A DNA stretch of 63,141 bases, the filler included, from Choristocarpus tenellus KU-1152 (taxonomy: Eukaryota > Protista > Phaeophyceae), in the NCBI GenBank assembly GCA_964200185.2. It is 9 parts of 9 records of this genome, joined end to end, with 100 filler letters (N's around TTAATTAATTAA, not from the genome) between each part and the next. Parts side by side here need not be neighbours in the genome. Positions count along the whole stretch, not along the records: positions 33,389 to 43,301 come from CAXNAD020003287.1; positions 43,402 to 49,593 come from CAXNAD020008713.1; positions 49,694 to 56,225 come from CAXNAD020007924.1; 6 more parts are not named here. One strand, 5' to 3'. Positions 37,901-51,130 of this stretch are shown here, piece by piece; position 1 is the stretch's first letter, and each line of letters opens with the position of its first letter. The position numbers were made by a program, and so were the translations under genes. The notes below the pieces were generated by a model. The model was not told where the DNA came from. It searched no databases and saw only the letters and a program-made list of their open reading frames with translations.

Positions 37901-38197
37901 GATGTGTGGCATCGCGTTGAGTGTGATTGTCTGAACTTGAGTCATGTACAACATACTGCTCGTGTATGTACATACAAGTGAGATCTCATCCATCTACAGA
38001 GTATTATGGCCAGGTGTCAGGTATGGTTAACTGGATTGTTAGGGATGTTCATGGGAAGTTACTACTGGTATTGGCAAAGTACGCCATGAACAGCAGGAGT
38101 GAAGGGAAATATAGGTTGAGTGTCCAAAGTCATACACTCAGTTTTCGTTACCTAAAACGTGGGGGCCACAATCTGGTTTCTTCTCTAATGACGACCA

Positions 38198-38435
38198 AAA
38201 AGCATTTAAGAGGGAAGGAGTTTTGCCCTGTTTGTCCATTTGGGGCTTGGCTTCCTATGTTTTTTTTATGCCCTTTCTCGGTTTTCGAAACATTTTGGAG
38301 TAGTTATAATGCAGATGACTATGAAGAGTGTGTACGCAGCAAGGATATTGACACTTCCTAACAAGGACGATAGTCAAAACTACATCGGAATCGTAACATC
38401 GGATATTGGAACCAAATGGACGCGGCCCTACCCTG
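38198..38435. mobile_element. MITE family A, diverged copy
   Basis: agagggaaggagttttgccctgtttgtccatttggggcttggcttcc..aaggatattgacacttcctaac..ccaaatggacgcggccctaccct. Confidence 0.75.
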
Positions 38436-39577
38436 TTAAATAATGTGAGGATCGAAGATCATCCAGATACTCTGATCAATTCTGGGCATCTCACTCGAAA
38501 GTTTTTATGTGCTCTGGTTGTCCAAAGAGCTAGCGCTCACTTTTTGAATATTGTAACAGGATACTGCAGTTGACTGTATCTATATTATACTTTTATCACC
38601 AAAATACATATTCCGAAGTACAACAGAACTTGGAGGTATTTAACACTTCATCAGAATATTGCTGTATTTTCTTAGTCATGACCGTGTGTAAGACAACTAA
38701 ATATGGTAGTCTGAATTTGAACCACAATACAGTCCTCAAAAAACACCCACTTCCACTATATACTCCTGTTGTTGTTGACAGGATGAGGTAGCGACCCATT
38801 ATGTGCCGTTGGCTAAAGGGGGTTGTGTGAACGTCGCCCTGCAACAAACTTACCATTGCTGCACAGGTGGTGATATTGACACCTGATGCGCATTTTTTGC
38901 TGGGAGACATTAGACCTTTGCGACAGGATGGACCTGATGAACTTATAATTATACTCTTCCCTCATTTTTAGATCTTCTATTTTGTAGTGCTACCAGCTTA
39001 AGGGGACAGCTGTATCCGTCCTCCTCTTATTAGATGCGTTTTTTTTTATTTTATGGTGTTGGTTACAAATAATATTAAAAGTGCAGTATAGGGAGGTCTC
39101 TGTTGTTGGCAAGATAACCACAACAATACAGTGGTGTAATGTCATTTCATCCTTGCATGCAGATTATGTTGTGCTCGTCAAGTTCTGTCATTTTTTTTAC
39201 ATAAAAGTAATTGTATTTCGTGTGCACCTTCTGTCTGACAACACATGGAAAAAGGATTAGAACCCATAAAGAAACAATAGAAAAGTATGAGCCCAACCAA
39301 TTGAGAGGTAGGCAGGGTTGAATTTTGAGGATCCCGAGAAGGGCAAAAACACGCAATGTTGTACATTTCCAGAAAGAATCTTTGCTATTGATTGTGGTGT
39401 CACCACGTGTCTAGAAAGTGGGAGTATATATTTTTTGTGCATAATGTGCACATAAAGCAATAATGGTGTAGAGTATTGTACAGAGTAAGAAAGATAGCTC
39501 AGAATGCATGAGTCCAAACCTGCCTCGCTCTCCATTGGTTTGATTCTATATGACTAAGGACCCAAGAACAGCCGATT

Positions 39578-39714
39578 TCAAAAATTGAGGATGGAGCTTT
39601 TTAATAAAATAATTATAGGTCATGACAATACAAAAAAAACATATCGACACTTTATCCCAGTCAATTTTGGGTCAAGTCCATCCCTCAATGAAAAGCTCCA
39701 TCCTCAATTTTTGA
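39578..39714. repeat. 137-bp unit bounded by perfect 24-bp inverted repeats (probable small MITE, family D)
   Basis: TCAAAAATTGAGGATGGAGCTTTT (39578-39601) and AAAAGCTCCATCCTCAATTTTTGA (39691-39714). Related motif at 63082. Confidence 0.75.
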
Positions 39715-40205
39715 TAGAGGGGTAGAGCCGTGTCCATTTGGGGACCAAAATCCAATGTTACGATTTTGATGAAATTTTGGCTATCGGGTTTGTTAGGAAG
39801 TGTCAATGTCCTAGTTCAGACACACCTTTTCATAACATACACATTTTACCTACTCCGAAATATTTCAGAGTAGGAAAATGTCATAAAACAATCCGAGGGA
39901 AGCCAAGCCCCAAATGGAAAAACAGGGCAAAACTTCTCATAACATACACATTTTACCTACTCCGAAACATTTCAGAGTAGGAAAATGTCATTAAAAAATC
40001 CGAGGGAAGCCAAGCCCCAAATGGACAAACAGGGCAAAAATCGTACCCTCTAAGATACTTTCACTCTACGTTATGAAAAGGTGTGTTAGGAACAAGGATA
40101 TTGACACTTCCAAACAAACGCAACAGCCAAAATTTCATCAAAATCGTAACATTGGATTCTTGCCCCCAAACGAACGCAGCTCTAACCTCTAAGATACTTT
40201 GACTC
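39715..40205. mobile_element. Composite MITE family A cluster (copy with internal ~105-bp duplication plus inverted half copy)
   Basis: 39715-40066 is family A with 39831-39935 duplicated at 39938-40040. 40068-40205 is the opposite-orientation half, ending AAGATACTTTGACTC. Confidence 0.8.
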
Positions 40206-43200
40206 ATGTTGCGTTGCCGAAGTTGTTGCACGATCTTCATCTTCACACGTGTTGTTGTAGGGTCGTCGAATTTACAGGTTAGGTGGAGTAAGCGGGAAAT
40301 GGCAAGATAAATACAACATTCGACACATTAATGATTTGTTCACCTGATATGTGTAAGTAGGGGAGATCTCCAGCTATAGTCAAGATGTTATATTTTGTTG
40401 AACTAGGGAGAGCAGAGGGGTAAAAAACAACAGTCAAAACTAGACCGAAATTTGAACTTCCCAGTCAGAACCCTTCCACCCTATCACTTGTCTCACCCAT
40501 CGATTAGAAGATAGCTAACACGTATCCTTGATCCAAGGCGATCAAGGGAGTCGTGGAGAAGACAATGGGGAGAAAATGGAAGTTCTTTAAAGGGATCAGA
40601 AGGATCCTAGCGTAGTGGATCCCAGGGGGTGGAAATCGACACCCCCCACAAAGGAGCACGTCCAAATTAGGGACAATACTTAGAGGATCACAAATTTTAG
40701 AGACAATATCAATGGGAAAACACAATGATACCGTCATTAGATGTTACATCTAGGAAGGGAGGCGAAGAATACACCTTCAACTAACTGTCAGCGAAGAAGG
40801 AGTTCGCTGCCAGGGCGGCAATGAAGGGGAATTTGAGCCATGAGGGCATCGACATTGGTAGACTACGAAAGGGCGGTGAATAGGTCCAGTTGAAAAACCA
40901 CACAGACAAGCACACCTTGCCGTTGCACCTAGGTAACCCCCAGTCAATGCTGCATGACAAACACGGGGAAAATTGAACACAAGTCATGCTCAATCTATCT
41001 TAAGCTGTACCTTATTGATAAGGGCAAAAATTACGGCTAAGGTGGAAAACAAGTTTGGCTCAAAGAGAGCTTCCACCATCCGAAGACTAAGAAAAAGTAC
41101 ATGAAGGCACTAGGTACTTTCCATCCACGCAATCAAGCAATTTTCAAATGTACCAAAGTTTTGAATTATCCAACAGCAGTATTTTGATAGAATGAAACAT
41201 CTACGTGGATACCACATTCTAAGGTATGAGAAAAGAAAATTTGACCCTGACAATGATTGCATTTTGTAATTATTTAATGTGAGTAGGGAATCTATGGGCA
41301 GACTTGTTCATGGGGAATACATCTTTCAGTCCTCAATTCAATTTATGACACAGATTCAAATGAAGGTATAGTTTTCAGAATTCCATCGAACATATGGAAA
41401 CACATTGGTGACAATCTACCCCAATCTCTGTAACACGAAACAGTCTTTGATACATCCCAATAGAAATTACCACCTTACACAAGCAAAGATCCAAGGCGAT
41501 ACAATTTTGAGTCTTTGAGTTTAACCTTCAGCCTGACTATTGAGTATTGAGCCCAACACTACATATCCCACCCAGGTGTGCTAAAGTCATGCTGCAACAC
41601 ATATGCACAACTTTCTCCCTTGTTCTGGCTCACCATACACACTTTTTGTCATATTCCTCTCTTCCTTGTGTTCGCTCTTGGCTTGTCTGGGTCCTCCTCA
41701 CAAATTGATTTTGTAGTCTGAGAAGCAAAATTGAACTGACTTGTCGTAAGGTGATACTCTGCTCTGAGGTGGTAGGCTGAATTTCTTGTTTGAGTTAGTG
41801 TGGGCTTGAACTACAAGGTTTATCTCTCTGAAAGTGGTGATCATTGCATCTTCTCAAGGCAGGTAGTTGGAGGATGAGATTGCTATCTAGAGCTTCTTTA
41901 AGCTCTTCTCATAGATCGATGGCAGCATTGTCGTGTATGTATTTTGAGTATCACAAAGATCTTAAGCAAATCTCTCCCTGCAAAACAATGTATTTGTGCT
42001 TCCTCAAGACACCTTTGGGATAATCCTACTTTATACACTGCTATCTGTTCAGCTAGTGGAGAATTGAATGAGGATACGAGTTAAGAAAGGGAGGAATTGG
42101 TGGGAGCTTCATGTGATCGCCTAGACTAAATGTGTGTAGGGTCCCAAGAGGGATGATATATACTGTGTAGGATGACTGTAGGATAGAAGAGTGACCTCCT
42201 GGGATGTAATTTCCACAACCCCAATTTTTCTTTGCGAGAGGAAAAAAATACAACATGTTAGAATCACCGTCTCTCATGACACAAAAAATGACAATGATGC
42301 GTCGACGGTAATAGATAATAGATGCAATTATTGTCTCGCCAATATATTGACTTTGCACAAAACCACTATAATAATATACCAAAGCAGTATATAGTCTAAC
42401 TACAATACCAATCAATTATCAAACAGTACCAACGACCTATGTTGTTACTTAAGTCACATCTCGAAGAATAAAGACAAGCATTAACGCACAGAAACACAAA
42501 AGATGAACACCTCACAGAAGTCAATTCTTGCACACTCCCACATGAGTGCAGTCAAAAGTTTGCTCAAACTCTCATACACATTGCAACAGTACAGAACCAA
42601 GGAATGTGACGCCTACTGAACTCTTGCATAGCTTTAGGTCAGTATACCAGAAAGTGGCACATAATATACATGGAATAACCTTGGTCTACATATTCCCTAC
42701 TACACTTAAGCTTCACGCCAACATGTCTAGTTGCAGCATTGAAGCCTGAGATGTACCTGCTTGGAATGCCCCATACATGTTCCAAGCCCCCCCAAACTCC
42801 CACTGAGGAAAGATGCCGCATCTCATTCCCTGGACCGTACCTAGCGGTTCACTCCGTTTCCAAGGGTGAAAGCGTAACTTCCCTTGCAGCTCAGATCTCC
42901 AGGTGATTGGGTACCCTGTTGAGTAGCATTAGATATCCAGTCTTAACTACATAAACAAACAACAGTCTATTAAGTAATTCTGCAGAAGTTATGGGCCTGT
43001 GAAGTATGGAGAATGACATAAGAGGCGACCTATATGGACGGGTACAACATGAGGTTCATTGGAGACCTGGACAACATGGAGATTCTCAATTGTGGGTCAC
43101 GCGGGGCAAAATGATCTGTTCGATACTACAACAATGAGTTATGAAAGCCCCGCGTCTCCAACAATCACATCTGTAGTGGCAGACCACACAGTATATGCTG

Positions 43201-43401
43201 CTCACACTAAGACCAAGAAATCGTTGTCTCCTGTGTTCGTAGATAGTGCTGCTGGTACACTATAGACACCACTGGTGGAGTAGATTAGGAAATGCAGACA
43301 CNNNNNNNNNNNNNNNNNNNNNNNNNNNNNNNNNNNNNNNNNNNNTTAATTAATTAANNNNNNNNNNNNNNNNNNNNNNNNNNNNNNNNNNNNNNNNNNN
43401 N

Positions 43402-43606
43402 GGGGGGGGGAGAAGAGAGGGTGTGGTGGGGGGGGGGGGGGGGGGGGGGGGGGGGCCGGGTGGGGTCTACACCAGGGTGTCCATTTGGCTCAAAATCAGG
43501 AAAGGTGCATTTACATTATCCATCCGACATATGCAACCAAATCACCCAAAAATCGCGGCATGAAAAAATTGACCTCAAATGGACAGCCGCTACCCTCCCT
43601 CAGATA
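43402..43606. mobile_element. MITE family B copy at contig start
   Basis: ggggtctacaccagggtgtccatttggc..caaatggacagccgctaccctccctcagata. Confidence 0.8.
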
Positions 43607-44318
43607 AATAATTTGGGCCGATTCAGGAATTTCCGTTGTTTTACCGTCAATTTGGAAATCTGTCATCGGCGGAGCAGTTTGACACTATGTAGTTATCCCC
43701 AAACGGTACATGAAATTCCAGATATCCCGTCAACTATTCTCTCTTGATCACACCATACAGTCGTGTAGCCCACTAAACCAAAAACATATTAAATGCCATT
43801 GCAGAGGGAGATGACTAGCTAAGAGGAAACATTTACCTGTGGGGTCTATGTATAACTTTGGCCTTCAAAGTGGGTGTGAGAGAGTGTCAAACTCAAATGA
43901 AGGAAGCCCTGCCACATACCCGTAAGATCAAACAGATCACCTTCTGGGCGTCCCCAACCATCTCCTCTTTGATATCCGACAACATAATTGGACTACGGGT
44001 AGAAGGGAAAGGAGTGGATGTTTGATGATAGTTGCTACAGATACCTAATGGTTTGGAACTAGCGATGTACTCTGCAATCTACTAACGCCTGACTCACAAG
44101 TCGTAGCACTAACTAGAAATGAAATGCTTAGCGGCTCATCACAGAGTTGTGAGTAATCCCAATTTTATGGGAGGGTGTCGTTGAGTATCCGGCGCCACTG
44201 CAACGGCTCCCTTCTAACATGTACATGCCGCTTGTAGCACTCTGGACGGTGGTTGCTCACACACGTGGATGAACGTTAGCCGTCTGTTTGACAGCCACGG
44301 GCCCCCAAGGGGAGCTAG

Positions 44319-44536
44319 CTGCATTTCAAGGATGAGAGTGGCGCGTCAGGCAGAAGAACATGGCAAGCACGTATTTACTCAGATGGCCTTGAATGGAAGC
44401 CTGCCTATGATGGGATTGCTCTGTACATTGCTGCATTTCACGGATGAGAGTGGCGTGTCAGGCAGAAGAATATTGCACTTATTTACTCAGATGGGCCTGA
44501 ATAGAATCCTGTCTAAGATGGGATTGCTCTGTACAT
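44319..44536. repeat. Tandem duplication of ~110 bp
   Basis: gctgcatttca.ggatgagagtggcg.gtcaggcagaagaa..tatttactcagatgg..gatgggattgctctgtacat occurs twice. Confidence 0.85.
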
Positions 44537-44812
44537 CGCTCTCCGTACATTGCTCTGTATACATGTGAACTGCGCTTTGGTTGATCATTGCCCCAACAAG
44601 GCGTGAAGGAAGAATTGTCAACAGAATATATTATAAGCTACTTACTTGAACCACGCAGGGGGTATGTGGTATGCAGGTACAGAGAGAGGAGAGGACCAAT
44701 GGGGCTTCGACTCCAGCACTCGGAAATGGAGAAAGATGTTGTTAAGGACTTAATTTATAATCAAGGAAGAGAAGTATTGATTCATGTGTCGTCAAGAAAG
44801 AACAATTGAAGG

Positions 44813-44817
44813 AAAAA
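44813..44817 (-). terminator. RNA polymerase III terminator (T5) of tRNA-Gly
   Basis: TTTTT on the minus strand immediately after the discriminator base. Confidence 0.8.
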
Positions 44818-44888
44818 TGCGCCAGCCGGGAATCGAACCCAGGCCACGTGAATGGCAATCACGTATTCTACCACTGAACTACTGGCGC
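44818..44888 (-). tRNA. tRNA-Gly (GCC)
   Basis: GCGCCAG TA GTTC AGTGGTA GAAT A CGTGA TTGCCAT TCACG TGGC CTGGG TTCGATT CCCGG CTGGCGC A: full cloverleaf with anticodon GCC, intronless, followed by a TTTTT Pol III terminator. Confidence 0.96.
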
Positions 44889-45749
44889 ATGCTCTAATCG
44901 CTACGCAAATGTCTCTAGTCCCCAACAACCGAATTACTCAACACGATCAATACGCAACAGGGTTTGTCTCCGCTGACATCTTGGAGAGTGGAGGTCGTCG
45001 TGCAACAAAGGAAGAAACCTCAAGCGAAGAAAGCAACAAACACAACACCGTTAAGGGTCTGTACAAGGAGAAAAACAACTTCAAGATAAAACGAGCCCCA
45101 CAACAACAACAACCTACTCATGGGTCCATCAGATACACCGGCAAGGGTTGTAGTGTAATTGAAAAACAAGCATGCTTGCTAATTGAACGATTATAGTTGA
45201 AACCGCTACTCCTGGATGGACACTATGAAGCTGGTCAAGAAGGGGGGAAATGATTGCACGAGTCAGTCAAGCCCCTCCCGGACAGCCAGCCCACCAACCT
45301 GGTGTCTCCAATTTAACGCATGGCATATCCCAATTTTACTGTTTGAGTACTTACTCACACGATTTGCTCAAGATCTATTTGTAAGTCAAGGTATCCCAGA
45401 GGGGGGTGTCGTTGGTCGCAAGGGGCCTCTATGACTGTATTCTGAATTTGATATTGCATGCGGGGCCATGTATTCAAGAGTAGGTAACTTCCTTCACCTG
45501 GATACACTCTCCACACCTACATTTTCAGACCTGCGATTGGGGATACCTACATACGACCTATTATGGAAATACGGGGTATCAGGGACAACATTTTGTTTGC
45601 CCCTTTTGTGATCAAAATAATCTAATTACACCCCTTCTTGAGATACTTTAGCTCTCGTACTACAAGTAAAGAGTACCTTTCAAATACCTTCAACTACACA
45701 ATACGTAACATACTGAGCACAATCCACACCCAAGATTAGGGTGGGGTCC

Positions 45750-48635
45750 AGAATATTTGACATTCCATTGTCAATTCTCTCCCGCGTGTTATCCTATGCT
45801 GCTGTAAGTTTCTCCCGTGCGTGCATATCGTTCGAGAGGTGCTCAGAGTTGCATCTTGAGGATGCTCACAAATATATGCAAAGTTTGTCTATTTTACAAA
45901 TGCATGTAGGATATTTTCTGAATTGTGTAGAAATTTTTCAAACAACAGAGAAATCAAACTTTTCAAGGAAAACTTAGAACTTCATCTGTGGAGTTGTGGG
46001 TGCATTGGAAAGATGAATAAATTATCTATAAATGGAAAACGGGCAAAACCTCGTCACCCCTCATCTACTTCGGCTCACCGCAGTACTTGTTAAGGGCTTT
46101 GCTGTATAGTATCAACAGAGCCTCTTCGAAGAACACACAAATAGACTCACCAAGTTGGATGTATGAGAGCTTCAGTCCGCTGGGTAATTTCTTCGCTATC
46201 ACAAGACTCCAAGCCTCTATGCAGAGCACTCCATCTGGGTCGACACACATCACCGTCAACCTGTACTCCAGAGCACAAGCTCGCTCAATTCAAGATTCCA
46301 ACACAAACAGGCACAAATGCGGATGGACAGATGGAAATATCTAGCTTCTACACCATACACGTACGTTAGTAGGATCTACACGGTCTGTAACAGTCGCTTT
46401 GGGGAATGATACCCACAGCTGAAAGTACTAGGCTTCCCTGCGGGCACATGGCAGGAACAGCCCTGTCTCTCATTTTCTCCCGCCCTCCCTCCTTGATCCG
46501 GTCCTTAGTGTAGTTTAATGTAGCTACTGGTAACGTTTATCATCCACTGTAAGTAGTCTCTGCATTTGGCACCATCAGTATAGAATTCCATGTTAGCCAC
46601 TTTCAAGTTCGAACAAGTTACACGCCAACCCCACACAGTTACGCACATTCCTTCAGCTACATCATTAGCCTATGCATAGGTATGCATAGACTTGCCTTAA
46701 TACAGCCCTCCACCCTTGTTATCTTTTCTCCCGGTGCTGCTGGAGCACTTTGGCTGTGTGACTGGGGCTGGGGGAGCATCTCCACCTCTTTCCCACCCAG
46801 GCACAGCGCCCCCGGTATCTTTGCTCCTGGTGCTCCTGGAGAACTGCGACTGCTACTTGCCCAATCTTCGTCTTTTCTCGCCCTGAATACCCCCAATGGT
46901 CTTAATCGGGCACATGCCCTCAATTGTAATTTCCTGTTAGTACTTCTCGAGCACAGTGGATATGAACTGGCAGAGCTTACCCTCCTCTTTCCCCCAAGGC
47001 GCACCCCCCAACCCTTGTTACCCGCACACGACTCCTTCTCGTGAGAGGCCTGTGATACCCCATCCGGATCATGGAAGGTTGTTGCAAGTTGAAACACTGG
47101 AGTATCGACCAAGATTATCGCTCAACAGAATAGTCGAAACATGCTTATCTCAAGACACACGATTATCTAAAATGGACGGAGTGCAGACCGCACACCCGCC
47201 TCCATCTTCCTTGCTGCGTTGACGAGAATGTGGATATAGAAGCTCCCACCATCAAAGTCATCCATGCGTCAAATGGTCCGATCAAGGGAAGCGCTTGCCC
47301 TCCTGCGCCCTCACGGACCTCAAATGATCCCCTCACATCGTCCATTTGAAGGCACAGGAAACATGATGCCGCAAACACAGGTTTCATCGTTGGGACCATT
47401 GCCTACATATCCCGGTCCCTCGCAACTTGAGAAGATCTAGGAATAATGAGTGCCAACAGAACAGCATACTGTGCTGGACTGCTCTAGGTAGCTTCGATCA
47501 CAAACGGTACTAAGTCCAAAACAAACGGAATATATTTCCAAGGGATTCTCGCCCGCCGAGTATGTTGCACCAGTTGCAAGACTGTTTACAAGCGTCTGGG
47601 GCCGAGGATACTGAGGGAAAACGAACGTCAAACATTCCCGAGGGGCGAGAGACCACTCGCTGCCAAGTGAAGTGTGTAGTACTAGGTGCAAGCAAAGCTA
47701 AGTTTGTTACTCTATGCAATGCCTCTGAGTACCGTTCTGGAAACCTCGAGTACATTGCGCAACTCCCAGGTGTGCGATTTATCGGTCGATAAAGTCCACA
47801 GATCTACTGGCATCGATTTTTGAAAGGGGGGAGTTAGATTCGTACATATTGAAGGCGCACGCAAGAACGGTGTAAAGAGGTCTCTTCCATCTACCCAAAT
47901 AAATATTCCTTCACCCATATCAAGACCCTGCATTTCCCCTTTTGGAATAATACAATAATAAAGGATGGCTGCTTGAGATGAAAAAACGGAATGGAGGGAA
48001 TGGTGAATATGTAACAAATATACAGTGGTACCAGTACATTCGCCCTTTGCCGTTGTCCCATCATAACGTTTGGTGTAGACATTGTATTAAAAAAACAAAG
48101 CATATTTGTGATGCCCGTCACAAGGCCCTCCAGAGCAAGGGCTTCGTTATTCTTTCTCGACATTTCTTTCTGTTTTTGAAGAAAGAGCGCTCATATTGGG
48201 CTTCGAACCCCGAATTGTAGGTCACCAAGAGTGGCCACAGATGCACTATTACTTGATTGAAGCAAAGGGTTTAGGCGGGAAAAAGGCCTCCCCACCCTTT
48301 ATTCCTGTGTGTTCGCGTACCCACTCTCTGACCTCGACAAGGATATCCTCGTCGAGGCCCAGGACGAAATGCCTCTCATAGTGCCCATGCTCCGACACCT
48401 TGATGTGACCCTTACTTAGGAAGTCTCTCTCCCATTTACTCACAGTTTCCGGTCTGACTATCGCATATCCTGCCGCTATCTCGAGCGCCATTTGACGTTT
48501 TTTCCCGTTGTTCATACACACATACAGGATTCGCAGTGTTAGAACCTTAACTATCATATTTCCTTGTTGAGGGCCGGAAATGGGCGTTGTCCGTGTTTCC
48601 TGGACGGGTGATATATTTTTTTCATCAAGGCGCAA
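45750..48635 (-). pseudogene. Decayed IS630-Tc1-mariner-superfamily transposase (Sagan-like)
   Basis: N-terminal ORF 48635-48249 (TVSKWERDFLSKGHIKVSEHGHYERHFVLGLDEDILVEVREWVREHTGIKG) has the family's HTH region. Downstream, in order, are KGKCRVLIWV, TTFHDPDGVSQ, GEPK*MR and PLERY remnants matching PKGKG.IMV, ..DG..QSM, G.PKGMR and ELNPIE.YW motifs. Many stops and frameshifts. Confidence 0.5.
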
Positions 48636-48736
48636 GGGCGAGGAAGAACAGGCTTGAGTTCACCGAAAATTGTGTTAATTTCTCAAATGAAATGCAGACT
48701 GGGAGAAAGCCTTAAAATCAACGTTATATTTGTCCA

Positions 48737-48918
48737 GACCCAAAGTATCTCGGGGGGAGGAGGAGGGGGTCTACACCAGGGTGTGTATTTGGACCAAAAT
48801 CGGGAAAAGTGTATTTACATTATTCATCCAACGTAGGCAACCAAATTACCCAAAAATCGCGACATGAAAAAATTGACAGAAATGGATAGACGCCACTCCC
48901 CCCCAGATACGTTGTGCC
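48737..48918. mobile_element. MITE family B, full copy, TCCA target duplication
   Basis: tcca|GACCCAAAGTATCTCGGGG...CCCCAGATACGTTGTGCC|tcca. Confidence 0.88.
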
Positions 48919-49359
48919 TCCAACCCCAAGTCCAGCAAAAAAAGGGAATGTACGGACGGCATCTTGCTAGAAGTGGGAGACACCAAACCACTGGTGTGCA
49001 AATAGTCTCAATATCACCCTCCTCTTCTTCCCTGGCGTCCTTGTCGATGGCTAACTCCACCTGCTTCGCGACCTCTTCGAAGTAAAGGATTTGGTGGTAT
49101 CGAAAAGTCTCCGCAGCTGACTTTGTTACGATCGCTTTCTCCTCCACCTTGCGAGCCCTCTCGACCTTCTTCCGGGCTTCAGAGCCCTTGTAGCCCAACC
49201 CTAACACCTTCTTTCTCGTTCACTTAACCCACTCTGACTCGCACAGCTTCTAAACAGCCAAGGCCTGCTGCAACTGTCCACTACTAAGATATTCTACACC
49301 TGGGTTTTCGCTTAGGCGATTCCTAAGCGCAATGGCACGCAGTTGCACCGCTCTCTTCC

Positions 49360-49593
49360 GAGTGAAAGTATCTTAGAGGGTACAAGTGTTTCCTCGTTTG
49401 TCCATTTGGGACTTGACTTCCCGCGGTTTTTTAATGACATTTTTACCTACTCCAAAATGTTTCGAAGTAGGTAAAATTATATGTTATGAAAAGGTGTGTC
49501 CAGAACAAGGATATTGACATCTCGTAACAAACACGATTGTCAAAATTACATCAAAATTGCAACATTGGATTTTCGCCCCCAAATGGACACGGT
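49360..49593. mobile_element. MITE family A, near-complete copy at contig end
   Basis: GAGTGAAAGTATCTTAGAGGGTAC..ttttacctactccaaaatgtttcgaagtaggtaaaat..ccaaatggacac. Confidence 0.88.
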
Positions 49594-50017
49594 NNNNNNN
49601 NNNNNNNNNNNNNNNNNNNNNNNNNNNNNNNNNNNNNTTAATTAATTAANNNNNNNNNNNNNNNNNNNNNNNNNNNNNNNNNNNNNNNNNNNNCCCCCGC
49701 GCGCGCGAGGGGATGGTCTTGGTTAAAGACGGGGCAGCTTAGTTCATCTACAGAAAAAAAAACACGCCACAACCAAAAAAAATGGAAAAAAATAAAAATG
49801 CTTCATCGAAGTAATGATAAACAATATATATTATTATACATATATATATATATTGAAATGCACGATTCGAAATTAGTGTGGAGCGGAGCAGAAGCACGAT
49901 ATTATGCACGCCTCCAAATACGTGCACGATCATGGAGGAACACCCCAAAAATGAGATTGGCATGGGTTGCCAACAGGGTGGGGTATGAAAAATCCAGTCC
50001 TTGCCACCCCTTCTTAC

Positions 50018-51130
50018 CTGTGTAGTTTGAGAGTAAAAATCGTTGTCAGCCCGGAGTTTTATAGCTATGTAGCCTGCATTGGGAGGTCTGTGGCCGCTAC
50101 AGTCACTGCAATCAGCATCATCGTCGTCTGTAGTGAGGGAGGACCAGAACGAGGTATTGATGCCGCCCATTGAGTCCTCAGCTTGCAATTCGAAGTGGTG
50201 TTGAAGGAAGCCTAAGACAAAGACCAGTGTGTGTTCCACGTAAGGGTTGGCATCCTGTCCAGCACTGAGAGAGTGCAGATTCAAAAGTACAAGCGAAAAA
50301 ACGTTTGGAACTCAGGGTCAGGGAAAGTATTGTAATGCTTGGCAAGAGCCTTTGTTGAGCTGTAGGTGTTCCTGAGGTGGCATAGTGGTATGAGAAGGGA
50401 ATGAGGTTCTAAGGGATAAGGGCTGTGGGTAGCTATCAAGGCAACCGTCATATCCTGGTGCAGGGAAAAGGGTTGCCATTCCCGCGTAAGAGAGTCGAGT
50501 GTTGATATTGGAATGTTACGTGGAGAATGTTAAGCGTTTGGGGAAAAAGAATGTGTGTGCTTCGATCCCTAAAATCCATCGATGCTGAAAAACGCTTAAG
50601 AGGAAGCAGACGCATGTTTGATCTCGAACTGAAGTAATAAAGGCGAAACTGAGATTTCCGCTGCTGGGACCTCACTTGCCTGGGGAGGAGGTTGGGGAGG
50701 GACCCATCCGTGTTGAAAAAAATCTCGTACCAGTGCCGGCTGTGGAACTGGGGGCTTTCCACGAGCACGCGAAGGCAGGACTTACCCTCCAAGTGGGTAT
50801 ATGGAGAAGCTACTGGAGGCTAAGTGTCGGGATGTACGCAAGTGGGGAAGGAGGATGGGTCAATACACATGTCTACCCTGGGGATACCTACACTATGCCA
50901 CTAGTGCAGTGAGCAAGGCGAGGACATCTTGGTGAACACATAAAAATCGACCTTCCATACCGCACAGGAGAACATTCAAAGGCAACGGGTAACACACTTT
51001 TTCGTTTATCCACTTGATAGAAGTGTAGAACCTGGCAGTGGAAGCAAGAACGACCCCTACGTTCGGTCTTTCAAGTACCAGGTAGCCTCCAGCTATCAAG
51101 ACCTTTCCTGGAGCTGATACAGTACTGTCG
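50018..51130 (-). CDS. PMK: Phosphomevalonate kinase, ERG8/GHMP type, N-terminal exons (3' part beyond contig end; start exon uncertain, possibly up to 51329)
   Basis: Exon ~51125-50998: TVSAPGKVLIAGGYLVLERPNVGVVLASTARFYTSI. Exon 50819-~50676: ..LRVLVESPQFHSRHWY. Exon ~50264-50018: ..NPYVEHTL..IAIKLRADNDFYSQ. These are the hallmark ERG8/plant PMK motifs SAPGKVL..GGYLVL, SPQF, NPFVE and NDFYS. Confidence 0.92.

Noticed and set aside
40500-41000. Purine-rich coding-like stretch, possibly a DIRS/LINE remnant
   Set aside because: Multiple stops and no diagnostic RT or recombinase motif identified.
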